The notes under the pieces: generated by a model
The model's database searches: none
Told to the model about the DNA's origin: nothing
Seen by the model: only the letters and a program-made list of their open reading frames with translations
Translations under genes and position numbers: made by a program
Shown: positions 9,844-18,387 of the stretch, piece after piece
How positions within the stretch are numbered: position 1 is the first letter of the stretch
How the letters are laid out: the number at the start of each line of letters is the position of its first letter
From: Bacilli bacterium
GTDB lineage: Bacteria; Bacillota_I; Bacilli_A; RF39; UBA660
DNA: 48,239 nucleotides
NCBI GenBank assembly: GCA_036649735.1
Contig: JAVWBB010000002.1
Location: forward strand, 1 to 48,239
Direction of reading: 5' to 3'

Positions 9844-11322
9844 TTATTTTAAAAAGTAGTTTTTAGAAAATATAATAGCGTCACTTGTTAAATTTATATG
9901 CAAACTGCGAAGCATTTTTTCATCAACTTCATCTAAAATAAAACTAGAATGTGCCTCACAACCGGTTAATTTAACAAGTTGGTCAAGTACTTTGACAATT
10001 ATTTCATTGGTGGCAGCACAAATACTTAAACAAAGTAGGACATCTTGTAAATTTAATAACCTTTTTTCATCATCAAACAACTCTTTTTTTAATTTTAAAA
10101 CTGGGTCTAAAACAACTGGTGAAAGTAAATGAATATCATCAATTTTAGACAATATTTTAAGAGCATTCAAAATACACGATGCTGCTGGGGTCATAATATT
10201 TGTCCGTTTTCCAGTTATAATCTTTTTGTTTTTTAACATAATTGCCAAAACCGGGACTTTTTCTTTGGCAGTTTTATCTAAACAAGGCTTAACAACTTTT
10301 CTATTATCTTCACTAATATTTAATTCGTTCATCATCATTTTTATACGACGAGGCACATCTTCATCGACAATTCCTAATTTATAATCTCTTAAACTACGGT
10401 AATATCTTCTAATTATTTCTTCTAAACTAGCTTCAATACATAATTGTTCATCATTAATAGCAAAGCCCGCCATATTCACACCCATTTGAGTTGGCGAATT
10501 ATAAATATCTTCGTTAGTTATTTTCTTCATTATCCTTTTTAAAACTGGAAACATTTCCATATCACGATTATAATTTACTGCTGTTTTACCAGTTTCTTCA
10601 AGGTAAAAACTATCGATTAAATTAATATCTTTTAAATCAGCGGTTGCCGCTTCATAAGCTAAATTAATCGGATGTTTTAAAGGCAAATTCCATATAGGAA
10701 ATGTTTCATATTTGGCATAGCCACTTTTAATTCCTAATTTGTATTCATGATAAAGTTGTGATAAACAAGTAGCTAATTTCCCACTACCTGGACCAGGTGC
10801 ACTGACAATCACAACCGGTTTTGTTGTTTTAATATATGGATTTGCCCCATATCCTTCATCACTTACAATTGTATCTATATCAGTTGGATAACCTTTAGTT
10901 AAAGTATGAAAATAAACGTTGACTCCCATTCTTTCTAAACGTTTTTTATAAATATTCGCACTGTCGGTTCCTTTATACTGTGTAATTACAACATTGTTTG
11001 CCAATATTCCCATTTTATTTAACTCTTTAATTAGTCTAATAACATCCATATCATAAGTAATTCCTATATCGGACCTCGTTTTACTTCTATCAATATCTTT
11101 CGCACTGATACAAAATAACACTTCACACTTATCTTTAATTTTTTTTAGTACTTCTAATTTTACATCTGGTTTAAAGCCTGGTAAAACACGCGATGCATGG
11201 TAATCATCAAATAATTTACCACCAAATTCAATATATATTTTATTATCAAATTGCTTCATTCTTTTTAAAATACTTTCTGTTTGAAGTTTTAAATATAAAT
11301 TATTATCAAATCCCTTTTTCAT
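9844..11322 (-). CDS. UPF0371/DUF1846 family protein (conserved, function unknown)
   Basis: End-to-end resemblance to the family as I recall it: YLKLQ..IL.R...FD.K.Y.EFGGK...D.HA.RVLPG, VSAPGPGSGKLATC, SGYAKYETFPIWNLPL.HP.NLAYEAATADL, EMFPVLKR, SPT.MGVNM, GCEAHSS. The start is set at MKKGF (ATG at 11322), which follows AAAGAGGT. Confidence 0.85.
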   Translation of the reverse strand: MKKGFDNNLYLKLQTESILKRMKQFDNKIYIEFGGKLFDDYHASRVLPGFKPDVKLEVLKKIKDKCEVLFCISAKDIDRSKTRSDIGITYDMDVIRLIKELNKMGILANNVVITQYKGTDSANIYKKRLERMGVNVYFHTLTKGYPTDIDTIVSDEGYGANPYIKTTKPVVIVSAPGPGSGKLATCLSQLYHEYKLGIKSGYAKYETFPIWNLPLKHPINLAYEAATADLKDINLIDSFYLEETGKTAVNYNRDMEMFPVLKRIMKKITNEDIYNSPTQMGVNMAGFAINDEQLCIEASLEEIIRRYYRSLRDYKLGIVDEDVPRRIKMMMNELNISEDNRKVVKPCLDKTAKEKVPVLAIMLKNKKIITGKRTNIMTPAASCILNALKILSKIDDIHLLSPVVLDPVLKLKKELFDDEKRLLNLQDVLLCLSICAATNEIIVKVLDQLVKLTGCEAHSSFILDEVDEKMLRSLHINLTSDAIIFSKNYFLK

Positions 11323-11365
11323 ACTTACCTCTTTTATTTCCATATTAAGAATACCACAAATAAAA

Positions 11366-11396
11366 GATAAAAAAAAGAGATTTTAACTTATCTCTT
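11366..11396 (-). terminator. Rho-independent terminator overlapping the stop of the 86-aa ORF
   Basis: Minus strand reads AAGAGAT-AAGTTAAA-ATCTCTT followed by TTTTTTTT. Confidence 0.65.
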
Positions 11397-11648
11397 TAAT
11401 ATTTTACTAAAACTTTTTATTTCAATGTCATTAACCATATTTTCAAATTTAATTTTATCTTTTTTGGCTAATTCATCATATAAATAACAAAATAAGCATT
11501 GCTTTGTATTTTCATAATCGCGAATATTTTCTTTTAAATATAGTGGAATATTATTTAACTGATAACTTTCCTCTTTTTTTTCTAGTAAATACATTTGATA
11601 TGGGATAAAACCAACCTCTTTATTTAATAATAACTTCATTTTATTCAC
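11388..11648 (-). CDS. Hypothetical protein (86 aa)
   Basis: Open frame in operon orientation just downstream of ylbL, followed by a terminator. I recognise no motif. Confidence 0.45.
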   Translation of the reverse strand: MNKMKLLLNKEVGFIPYQMYLLEKKEESYQLNNIPLYLKENIRDYENTKQCLFCYLYDELAKKDKIKFENMVNDIEIKSFSKILKR

Positions 11649-11671
11649 CCATTATCATTATATTCAAATAT

Positions 11672-12685
11672 CTATAAATTATTTAACTGTGTTATTACAT
11701 CCACTATATTCTTAGCCTCAATTATTTTTATTTTCAAATTCTTTTTCTGTTTTATTTTAATAACTTCTTTATAATTATTTCCAGAGGGGGCGATAAATAT
11801 ATCAGCTTTTTCTTTAATTGCCCCCGCTAGTTTATACCTAATGCCACCAATTTCTCCTATCGTACCATCTTCTTCAATTGTCCCTGTTCCTACTATTTTA
11901 TAGCCTTTAGTAAGATCTTCTTTAGTTAACATATCATAAATTGCAAGTGTCATCATAAGCCCACCCGAAGGGCCTGTTTCGGCACTATTAAATTTTAAAG
12001 TAATAGGCGGATTAGTTTTATAATTAGACGTCTCAAGAATCGCAATCCCACTTCTTATTTCTTCTTTGATTTTAACTATTTTTATATTACAGTTAATTGT
12101 TTTATCTCCCCTTTTAACAGTTAAATCAATTACTTCTCCCAATTGTTTTTCTTCAATAATCTTTTTAAAGTCTAAAGAAGTAAAAATTTTATTTTTATCT
12201 GCCGTTAAAATAATATCGCCTATTTTTAAATTTGTTTTGCTTAATTCATCAATATAGACAACAAAAATATTTTTATAATTAACTAGAAATTCTTTATGCG
12301 CGAGGGCATAAGCTGTTTTAATAGCGGTTTCATTTCCATAATCTAAATATAATTTATCTCTAACATATGTATCGTTAATTGTCTCATTTTTATTTAAGAT
12401 AATATTTTCTTTTTTAATCGTCTTCCAATTAGAATTAAATTTACCAATTATATAAGTAGGAATAGTTGCTTTAATTTCTCTTACATAAGCTAAGTTTAAA
12501 GACCCCTTTGATTTATATTTATTTTCTATATCAATTCGATTAGTTGTATCAATTATTCCCCCACCTGTTAAAATAATATATGGTAATTTAGCAGTTGAAA
12601 TAACTAAAATGAATATATAAATTAAAATTATTATAATATTTACCTTAATAAATTGTTTAGTTTTAGCATATATTTTATTAATCAT
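11672..12685 (-). CDS. ylbL: PDZ domain-containing Lon-like (S16) serine protease, YlbL/SepM family
   Basis: N-terminal TM helix, a central PDZ-like segment (LKIGDIILTADKNKI), and a Lon-protease C-terminal domain (ETGPSGGLMMTLAIYD ... GTGTIEEDGTIGEIGGIRYKLAGA). The start is moved to ATG 12685, which is preceded by AAGGAG at a 6-nt spacing. Confidence 0.85.
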   Translation of the reverse strand: MINKIYAKTKQFIKVNIIIILIYIFILVISTAKLPYIILTGGGIIDTTNRIDIENKYKSKGSLNLAYVREIKATIPTYIIGKFNSNWKTIKKENIILNKNETINDTYVRDKLYLDYGNETAIKTAYALAHKEFLVNYKNIFVVYIDELSKTNLKIGDIILTADKNKIFTSLDFKKIIEEKQLGEVIDLTVKRGDKTINCNIKIVKIKEEIRSGIAILETSNYKTNPPITLKFNSAETGPSGGLMMTLAIYDMLTKEDLTKGYKIVGTGTIEEDGTIGEIGGIRYKLAGAIKEKADIFIAPSGNNYKEVIKIKQKKNLKIKIIEAKNIVDVITQLNNL

Positions 12686-12725
12686 TATGTCTCCTTTATA
12701 TAAGTATAACAAAAAGGATTGGTTT

Positions 12726-13694
12726 ATGAAAAGAAAAACGACAAGTATTTTAATTATATCTACATTACTAATTATATTAATGTCTCTGCTAACTAATTCC
12801 AACATTGTTATATTAACAGTAATTGACTCTTTTTATATGTTTATAAATAACGTATTTCCTACTCTTTTTGTATTTTTTATTATATCTGATTTATTAATTA
12901 ATTTTGGTTTTAGTGAATTAATTAGCGAACTATTTAAAAATTCTTTTGCAAAAATATTTAACATAAAAAAAGAATCTGTTTATATTTTTATTATTAGTCT
13001 AATATCTGGATTTCCAGGTAGTAGCAAATACATTAAAGATATGTTAGATAATGGCTTAATAGATATAAAAGACGCTACTAAACTATTAACTTTTACACAT
13101 TTTTCTAATCCTTTATTTATTATTGGAACAATTGGAATTAGTTTTTTAAACAATAAATTTATTGGCTTTTTAATATTAATTGCTCATTATTTAGGGGCTA
13201 TTATAGTTGGTATTTTATTTAGGAATTTTTATAAAAAAGAAATTACCATGGAGAAAGTATCTTTTTACTTTGCTATAAATAATATGCATAAAAAAAGAAT
13301 AAGCAATCATAAATTCATTAAAATATTAAGTAACTCAATATTAAATGCTTTTAATACTTTGACTTTAATATTTGGACTTATTACTGTTTTTTCTTTAATT
13401 AACAATATTTTTATCAATAATTTTATTACTAACAATTATTTTAAAATAATAATCAGTGGGCTTTTAGAATTCACCAACGGTTTAAAACTTCTAAGTATTA
13501 GTAATTTAAATATGCTTTCAAAAGCCTTGCTTGCTTGTTCTTTTATTTCTTTTGGAGGTTTTTGTGTCCATTTACAAGTTTTTAGTATCTTAAGCGACTA
13601 CAATATTAATTATTTTACCTACTTATGCTCACGAATTGTACATTTATTAATTTCATTTATAATTCTTATTATTTTATTTATGACCCTATATTAG
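12726..13694 (+). CDS. ylbJ: Sporulation integral membrane protein YlbJ-like (nucleoside-recognition/Gate domain family)
   Basis: Polytopic membrane protein. It contains the motif GFPGSSKYI, typical of the YlbJ/SpoVB-adjacent Gate family as I recall it. It is divergent from ylbL, matching B. subtilis neighbourhood logic. The start is set at MKRKTT (ATG 12726) after AAGGA. Confidence 0.65.
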   Translation: MKRKTTSILIISTLLIILMSLLTNSNIVILTVIDSFYMFINNVFPTLFVFFIISDLLINFGFSELISELFKNSFAKIFNIKKESVYIFIISLISGFPGSSKYIKDMLDNGLIDIKDATKLLTFTHFSNPLFIIGTIGISFLNNKFIGFLILIAHYLGAIIVGILFRNFYKKEITMEKVSFYFAINNMHKKRISNHKFIKILSNSILNAFNTLTLIFGLITVFSLINNIFINNFITNNYFKIIISGLLEFTNGLKLLSISNLNMLSKALLACSFISFGGFCVHLQVFSILSDYNINYFTYLCSRIVHLLISFIILIILFMTLY

Positions 13695-14190
13695 CAACAA
13701 TATGAATCCCATAATCTTTTTTTAAATTTGTATTAGCAATAGGTATATTAATCACAAGTAATTTTCGAGTGTCATTTAAAACATCAACAATTCTAAAAAA
13801 CGGCTCATTATTTATAATTGATGAACTATCTAAGTATTTAACATTAAATGTTTCATTTCCATAAATAATAGCTAATTTAGTAAATTCACCATTAGAATTT
13901 TCTTCAGTAACTACGCTTATATTTTTACTAGAATTATCTGAAAAGTTAATTGTCAAGCAATTATTCCCACCACATGAAACAGTTGCCGTTACTGCTTTAT
14001 CTTTAATTAAATCATCAGAAATACTCTTAGTAACCGTATTTTTAAAAACTAACATATCATTTTTAATTGCCTCAGTTTGTTGTTTATTTTTATAATTCAT
14101 AATAACGTTAAATACGGAAATAAGAATAAGCATAATTAAAGTAAAACTAAGTATTAATTCTATTGTCGTAAATCCTTTTTTATTCATCAT
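13678..14190 (-). CDS. Type IV pilin-like pseudopilin (prepilin N-terminal cleavage/methylation motif)
   Basis: The N-terminus MMNKKG/FTTIELILSFTLIMLILISVF fits the G/F-x-x-x-E class III signal with a hydrophobic helix. It overlaps the upstream pseudopilin gene by 4 nt. Confidence 0.8.
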   Translation of the reverse strand: MMNKKGFTTIELILSFTLIMLILISVFNVIMNYKNKQQTEAIKNDMLVFKNTVTKSISDDLIKDKAVTATVSCGGNNCLTINFSDNSSKNISVVTEENSNGEFTKLAIIYGNETFNVKYLDSSSIINNEPFFRIVDVLNDTRKLLVINIPIANTNLKKDYGIHIVANIGS

Positions 14191-14672
14191 TTTACCACCT
14201 CAACATTTGCAAAACGATTATCAGATAATTTTAAAATCACACGATATTTACCTGCACTATTTATATTATATTTAGGTAAATCGTCAATATAAGTTTTTAA
14301 ATACTTATCGGAAATATTACTATTTTTAATATTTGTCGTCTCATAATTTGTAATATACATTTTTTCTATTTTTAATTCCGTAAATAAGGCAAAACAATAA
14401 TGGCCTTTATTAAATTCTGTACAATTTAATTCCTTATAACTAGGAAACGGTTGCAAATTATTTAGTAAAGCGTTTACATTACTATCTTGTAAAATAGTTT
14501 TTCTAATTAAATGCGCACTATACTTGCCATCTATATCATCATAATTTGTTTTTCTTTCATATTCTCCTAATAATGGAACCACATTCATATACATAACTGT
14601 AAATATTCCCATAACAAACAATGTCGCAACCAATGTTTCCATTAACAAAAAACCTTTATTATTTAATTTCAT
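14187..14672 (-). CDS. Type IV pilin-like pseudopilin (prepilin N-terminal motif)
   Basis: The N-terminus MKLNNKG/FLLMETLVATLFVMGIFTV has Glu at position +5 after the Gly, followed by a hydrophobic helix. Confidence 0.78.
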   Translation of the reverse strand: MKLNNKGFLLMETLVATLFVMGIFTVMYMNVVPLLGEYERKTNYDDIDGKYSAHLIRKTILQDSNVNALLNNLQPFPSYKELNCTEFNKGHYCFALFTELKIEKMYITNYETTNIKNSNISDKYLKTYIDDLPKYNINSAGKYRVILKLSDNRFANVEVVK

Positions 14673-14761
14673 TTTTAATCATTCCTTACTTGCTAATATC
14701 TTAGATTTATTATATAATAAATTATAGTAAAATACTAGTAAGAAGTTAAGGAGAATAAAAT

Positions 14762-16030
14762 ATGATAGAATACGATGTAAAAAATACCCCAATTGTTGAC
14801 TTAGTAAATGCAATTATATTATTTGCCGTAAAAAATCGTGCAAGTGATATTCATTTAGATCCTAGAGAAGACCATTTATTAGTTAGAATTAGGATTGATG
14901 GACTACTTAAAGATCATACTAAAATACCAAAAGAATATGAGCGAAATTTTGTAACAAGAGTTAAACTAATTTCAGCCATGAATATCACAGAGAATCGTTT
15001 ACCACAAGATGGGTCTATAAAAGCAAAAATAGGTAATTATAGTTTAGATATGCGTGTATCATCAATGCCTACTAACGAAGGGGAAAAAATCGTTATTCGT
15101 ATCCTTGACTATACTAAGAGTCTTGAAGGAATGGAAAACTTAGGATTTTCCGAGAAAAACTTTACAAAGATTAAAAAAATGATGGCCGTTCCAAATGGAA
15201 TTATTCTTGTTACTGGTGCGACTGGTACTGGTAAAAGTACAACCGTTTATACCATGATTCAAGAATTAAATAAAGAAGATACCAATATTATTACAGTTGA
15301 AGATCCAATTGAAATGAATATTGAAGGAATTAATCAAGTTCAAGCTAACAGCGAAATTGGTTTAGATTTTGCCACAGTTCTTAGATCAATTTTAAGACAA
15401 GATCCCAATATTATATTAATTGGAGAAATTCGTGATAGTGAAACAGCAAAAATAGCAGTCAGAGCTTCTATTACTGGGCATTTAGTTTTATCTACCGTAC
15501 ATACAAACAACTCTCTAAGCACAATTGAAAGGCTCCTTGATATGGATGTTGAAAGATATTTACTATCGACTGCATTAGTGGGAATTGTTTCACAAAAACT
15601 AGCGAGAAAATTATGTCCTCATTGTAAAAATACTCGTATTACAACGCATTATGAAAAACATTTATTTAAAAAAGTACTAAATAAGGATGTTGATGAAATT
15701 TGTACCCCTGGTCGTTGTGATAAATGTATCAATGGTTATTATGAAAGAACCGCTATTCAAGAAGTTCTTTTAATTGATGAACATATAAGAGATATCATTA
15801 GCCGTGATAATGTCGATAAAGAAGAATTAAGAAACCTAATATATAATTCTGGTGTTACTACGCTTCTTCAAGATGGATTAGAAAAAGTCGCTGATGGTAT
15901 TACCTCATTTGATGAAGTTGTTAAATTAATTCAAATCGAAGAAGGATTAGATGATGATTATAAGTTTGATTTAATTAATAAAATTAAAATAAATAAAGAA
16001 GAAGAAGAAAAAGGATTAGCAAATAACTAA
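14762..16030 (+). CDS. GspE/PilB/ComGA-family type II/IV secretion (pilus assembly) ATPase
   Basis: ASDIHLDP ... RIDG, Walker A GATGTGKSTT, Asp box VEDPIE, Walker B ILIGEIRD, His box GHLVLSTVHTN, and a tetracysteine motif (CPHC ... CDKC). Confidence 0.88.
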   Translation: MIEYDVKNTPIVDLVNAIILFAVKNRASDIHLDPREDHLLVRIRIDGLLKDHTKIPKEYERNFVTRVKLISAMNITENRLPQDGSIKAKIGNYSLDMRVSSMPTNEGEKIVIRILDYTKSLEGMENLGFSEKNFTKIKKMMAVPNGIILVTGATGTGKSTTVYTMIQELNKEDTNIITVEDPIEMNIEGINQVQANSEIGLDFATVLRSILRQDPNIILIGEIRDSETAKIAVRASITGHLVLSTVHTNNSLSTIERLLDMDVERYLLSTALVGIVSQKLARKLCPHCKNTRITTHYEKHLFKKVLNKDVDEICTPGRCDKCINGYYERTAIQEVLLIDEHIRDIISRDNVDKEELRNLIYNSGVTTLLQDGLEKVADGITSFDEVVKLIQIEEGLDDDYKFDLINKIKINKEEEEKGLANN

Positions 16031-16698
16031 TCCTTTTTAATGTCTAAATATTTAATTATTTCTTCATTAATTTCCGTAATAGATTTTAAGCCCTCATCCT
16101 TAATGCAATTAATTGTTTTCCAATTATAAAGCCCCGATAATTCTAAATAAGTATTTTCGGCATTAATTAAATAATTTTCATCTTTTTCATGATTATCACT
16201 TATTTTTCGTTCTTTTTTTAAGGCAAATGAATATTGGTGAGGAACATATAAAAATATTGTTAATTCAGGTTTAGGAAGTTCTAAAAGCCAATATTCTAAT
16301 TTATCAATCCAATCAAACATTTTAAATCTTTCATCTTTATCAATTATTTTGCAACCCTGATGAGCCATATTTGATGAAACATATCGGTCTAATACAACAA
16401 TATAATCTTCTTTTATATAATCTTTTACTAACTTTATATTGTATTTACGATCCGCTGCATAATATAAAGAAGCTATCTTAGGGTCTAAATTAACGGAACC
16501 TTCGGGAAACAAACATGGACCAATATCTTCTTTTCCTAAATAAGCTCCTCCTACTATTTTACCCGTTGGCGTTTCATACATTGGAAAACTTAACTGAATC
16601 GCTTTAATACCCATTTTATTTAGTTTTTCAACTAATAACTTGCTTTGCGTTTCTTTTCCTGAACAATCTGTTCCTTCAATTACAATAATCTTTCCCAT
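16027..16698 (-). CDS. tmk: Thymidylate (dTMP) kinase-family protein
   Basis: P-loop IVIEGTDCSGKETQ, FPMYETPTGK..GAYL, AADR, and the DRYVSSNMAHQG (DRY) motif. It is the last gene of the lepA-hemW-HD operon. Confidence 0.75.
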   Translation of the reverse strand: MGKIIVIEGTDCSGKETQSKLLVEKLNKMGIKAIQLSFPMYETPTGKIVGGAYLGKEDIGPCLFPEGSVNLDPKIASLYYAADRKYNIKLVKDYIKEDYIVVLDRYVSSNMAHQGCKIIDKDERFKMFDWIDKLEYWLLELPKPELTIFLYVPHQYSFALKKERKISDNHEKDENYLINAENTYLELSGLYNWKTINCIKDEGLKSITEINEEIIKYLDIKKD

Positions 16699-16706
16699 AA
16701 ATCCTC

Positions 16707-17297
16707 CTACTCCACTATTTCATTATTATCAAATTTAATATCCAAAAACTTTTGACTAGATAAATAATCACACATATGAACAAAGTTTTGATACTTTGTT
16801 TTAGGAAGGGGTAGTATCTCATTTTTCTGATAATCTTTATTCCAAGGACCCATATGTGATTTAATTACTGATGTTAATAATTCTAATTCTTCATCATTAA
16901 AACTAAGATTATTTTTATTTTCTAATATTAAATTAGCAGATAATAATGGATGATTGGCTACCGTATATTCACTTTTTTCTATCCCTGACTTTAATGTATC
17001 ATGCATTATTAAACCAATTAGCATGATATCTTGTTCATCAGATGTATATTTATTTCCAATAACGGGATTATTTAATAATGAATAAGCAATCTTTACTGCG
17101 GCCTTTGTATGCCTCACAAGTCCCCCATCTCCCAAGGAAAAACTAGGATGATATTTCCCTGTAGATGATGCCGGAACTTGATAAAAATAACTTGGTATTT
17201 TGCTAATTAAAAACTTTAAATCTTTTTTATAAGATTCATTTTTAATATAACTAATTTCTTTATCAAAAACATGGTTATTATTTACTTCATTAATCAT
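16707..17297 (-). CDS. HD-domain phosphohydrolase
   Basis: GKYHPSF ... VRHTKAAV ... GLIMHDTLKSG ... KSHMGPW fits an H..HD..H metal-binding pattern. It overlaps hemW by 8 nt. Confidence 0.7.
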   Translation of the reverse strand: MINEVNNNHVFDKEISYIKNESYKKDLKFLISKIPSYFYQVPASSTGKYHPSFSLGDGGLVRHTKAAVKIAYSLLNNPVIGNKYTSDEQDIMLIGLIMHDTLKSGIEKSEYTVANHPLLSANLILENKNNLSFNDEELELLTSVIKSHMGPWNKDYQKNEILPLPKTKYQNFVHMCDYLSSQKFLDIKFDNNEIVE

Positions 17298-18387
17298 AAA
17301 ATGCTCCTAATACCTCTATTAATATTAAATTAGATACATATAAATAATCATTGTTTATACTTAAATTGTCTTCATTCATACTTAATAAATTTCTATTTAA
17401 TAAGTCCTTGATAACTTTGTTGTTTAAAATGTTTAGTTTATATGTATCATTAACGTCTTTAATATTAATTCCTTTCACTAATCTAAATCCTAACAGTAAT
17501 TCGTTTTCTAAACGCGTATAATAATCTTCGCTTTTCTCCTCTTTTTTAAAAGAGTTATTTATATAATTAGTAATATTAGACGTGTTATACATTCTAATAT
17601 TATTTATATAACTGCATGCTCCTAATCCAAATCCATAATATTGTAAATTATGCCAATACTTTAAATTATGTTTACATTCATATCCTAACTTAGCATAATT
17701 ACTAACCTCGTAATGAATATAACCGGCCTTTGTTAAACGTTTATTAATTAATTCATACATTTGGCAATCTAAATTATCATCAATAGCCTTTTCTTTATCA
17801 ATATATAATTTAGTATGTTCCTCTAGTATTAAAGAATAATAAGATATATGGGTTGGATTTAATTGTATAACTTTATCAATATCATCATTTAAATCATCTA
17901 GAGTTTGATCTTTTAGAGCGTACATCATATCAATATTGATATTCTTCATCCCTAGTTTATTAATCTTTCTAATTAAATTTTTATTAACTAATGGTTGAAC
18001 CCTTTTGAGATATTTTAAATGATTATCATTAAAAGTTTGTATTCCAACACTTATTCGATTAACTTTATGTTCTAAATGTTTTAAAATTTTATGCTCAGTC
18101 ATTTGGTCGACATTGCTTTCAATTGTAAATTCAAAATCCGAAGCTAAATTAAATAATTCTATAATTTCATATAATTTATCTAACTGAGAATCATTTAATA
18201 AAGCCGGCGTTCCACCACCAATATAAATAGTATTTATTAATTCTTTATTATATCTTGCTTTAATTTCTGCTTTTAACGCTATTAAATACTTATCAACTAT
18301 ATTTTCATCGTAAAATATTTTAGGAAAATCGCAATAACTACAAATGTTTTGGCAAAAAGGGATATGAATGTATACAGCATCAACCAT
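17290..18387 (-). CDS. hemW: Radical SAM family heme chaperone HemW (oxygen-independent coproporphyrinogen oxidase-like)
   Basis: YIHIPFCQNICSYCDF radical SAM cluster motif, IYIGGGTP, and a conserved position directly after lepA. Confidence 0.88.
   Translation of the reverse strand: MVDAVYIHIPFCQNICSYCDFPKIFYDENIVDKYLIALKAEIKARYNKELINTIYIGGGTPALLNDSQLDKLYEIIELFNLASDFEFTIESNVDQMTEHKILKHLEHKVNRISVGIQTFNDNHLKYLKRVQPLVNKNLIRKINKLGMKNINIDMMYALKDQTLDDLNDDIDKVIQLNPTHISYYSLILEEHTKLYIDKEKAIDDNLDCQMYELINKRLTKAGYIHYEVSNYAKLGYECKHNLKYWHNLQYYGFGLGACSYINNIRMYNTSNITNYINNSFKKEEKSEDYYTRLENELLLGFRLVKGINIKDVNDTYKLNILNNKVIKDLLNRNLLSMNEDNLSINNDYLYVSNLILIEVLGAFYD

Noticed and set aside
12686-12805. A 40-codon N-terminal extension of the ylbL ORF, and the ATG at 12687 for ylbJ. 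Together these would make the two divergent genes overlap.
   Set aside because: Strong RBS-start pairs (AAGGAG-6 nt-ATG at 12685, and AAGGA-8 nt-ATG at 12726) support the shorter versions, leaving a 40-bp divergent gap.
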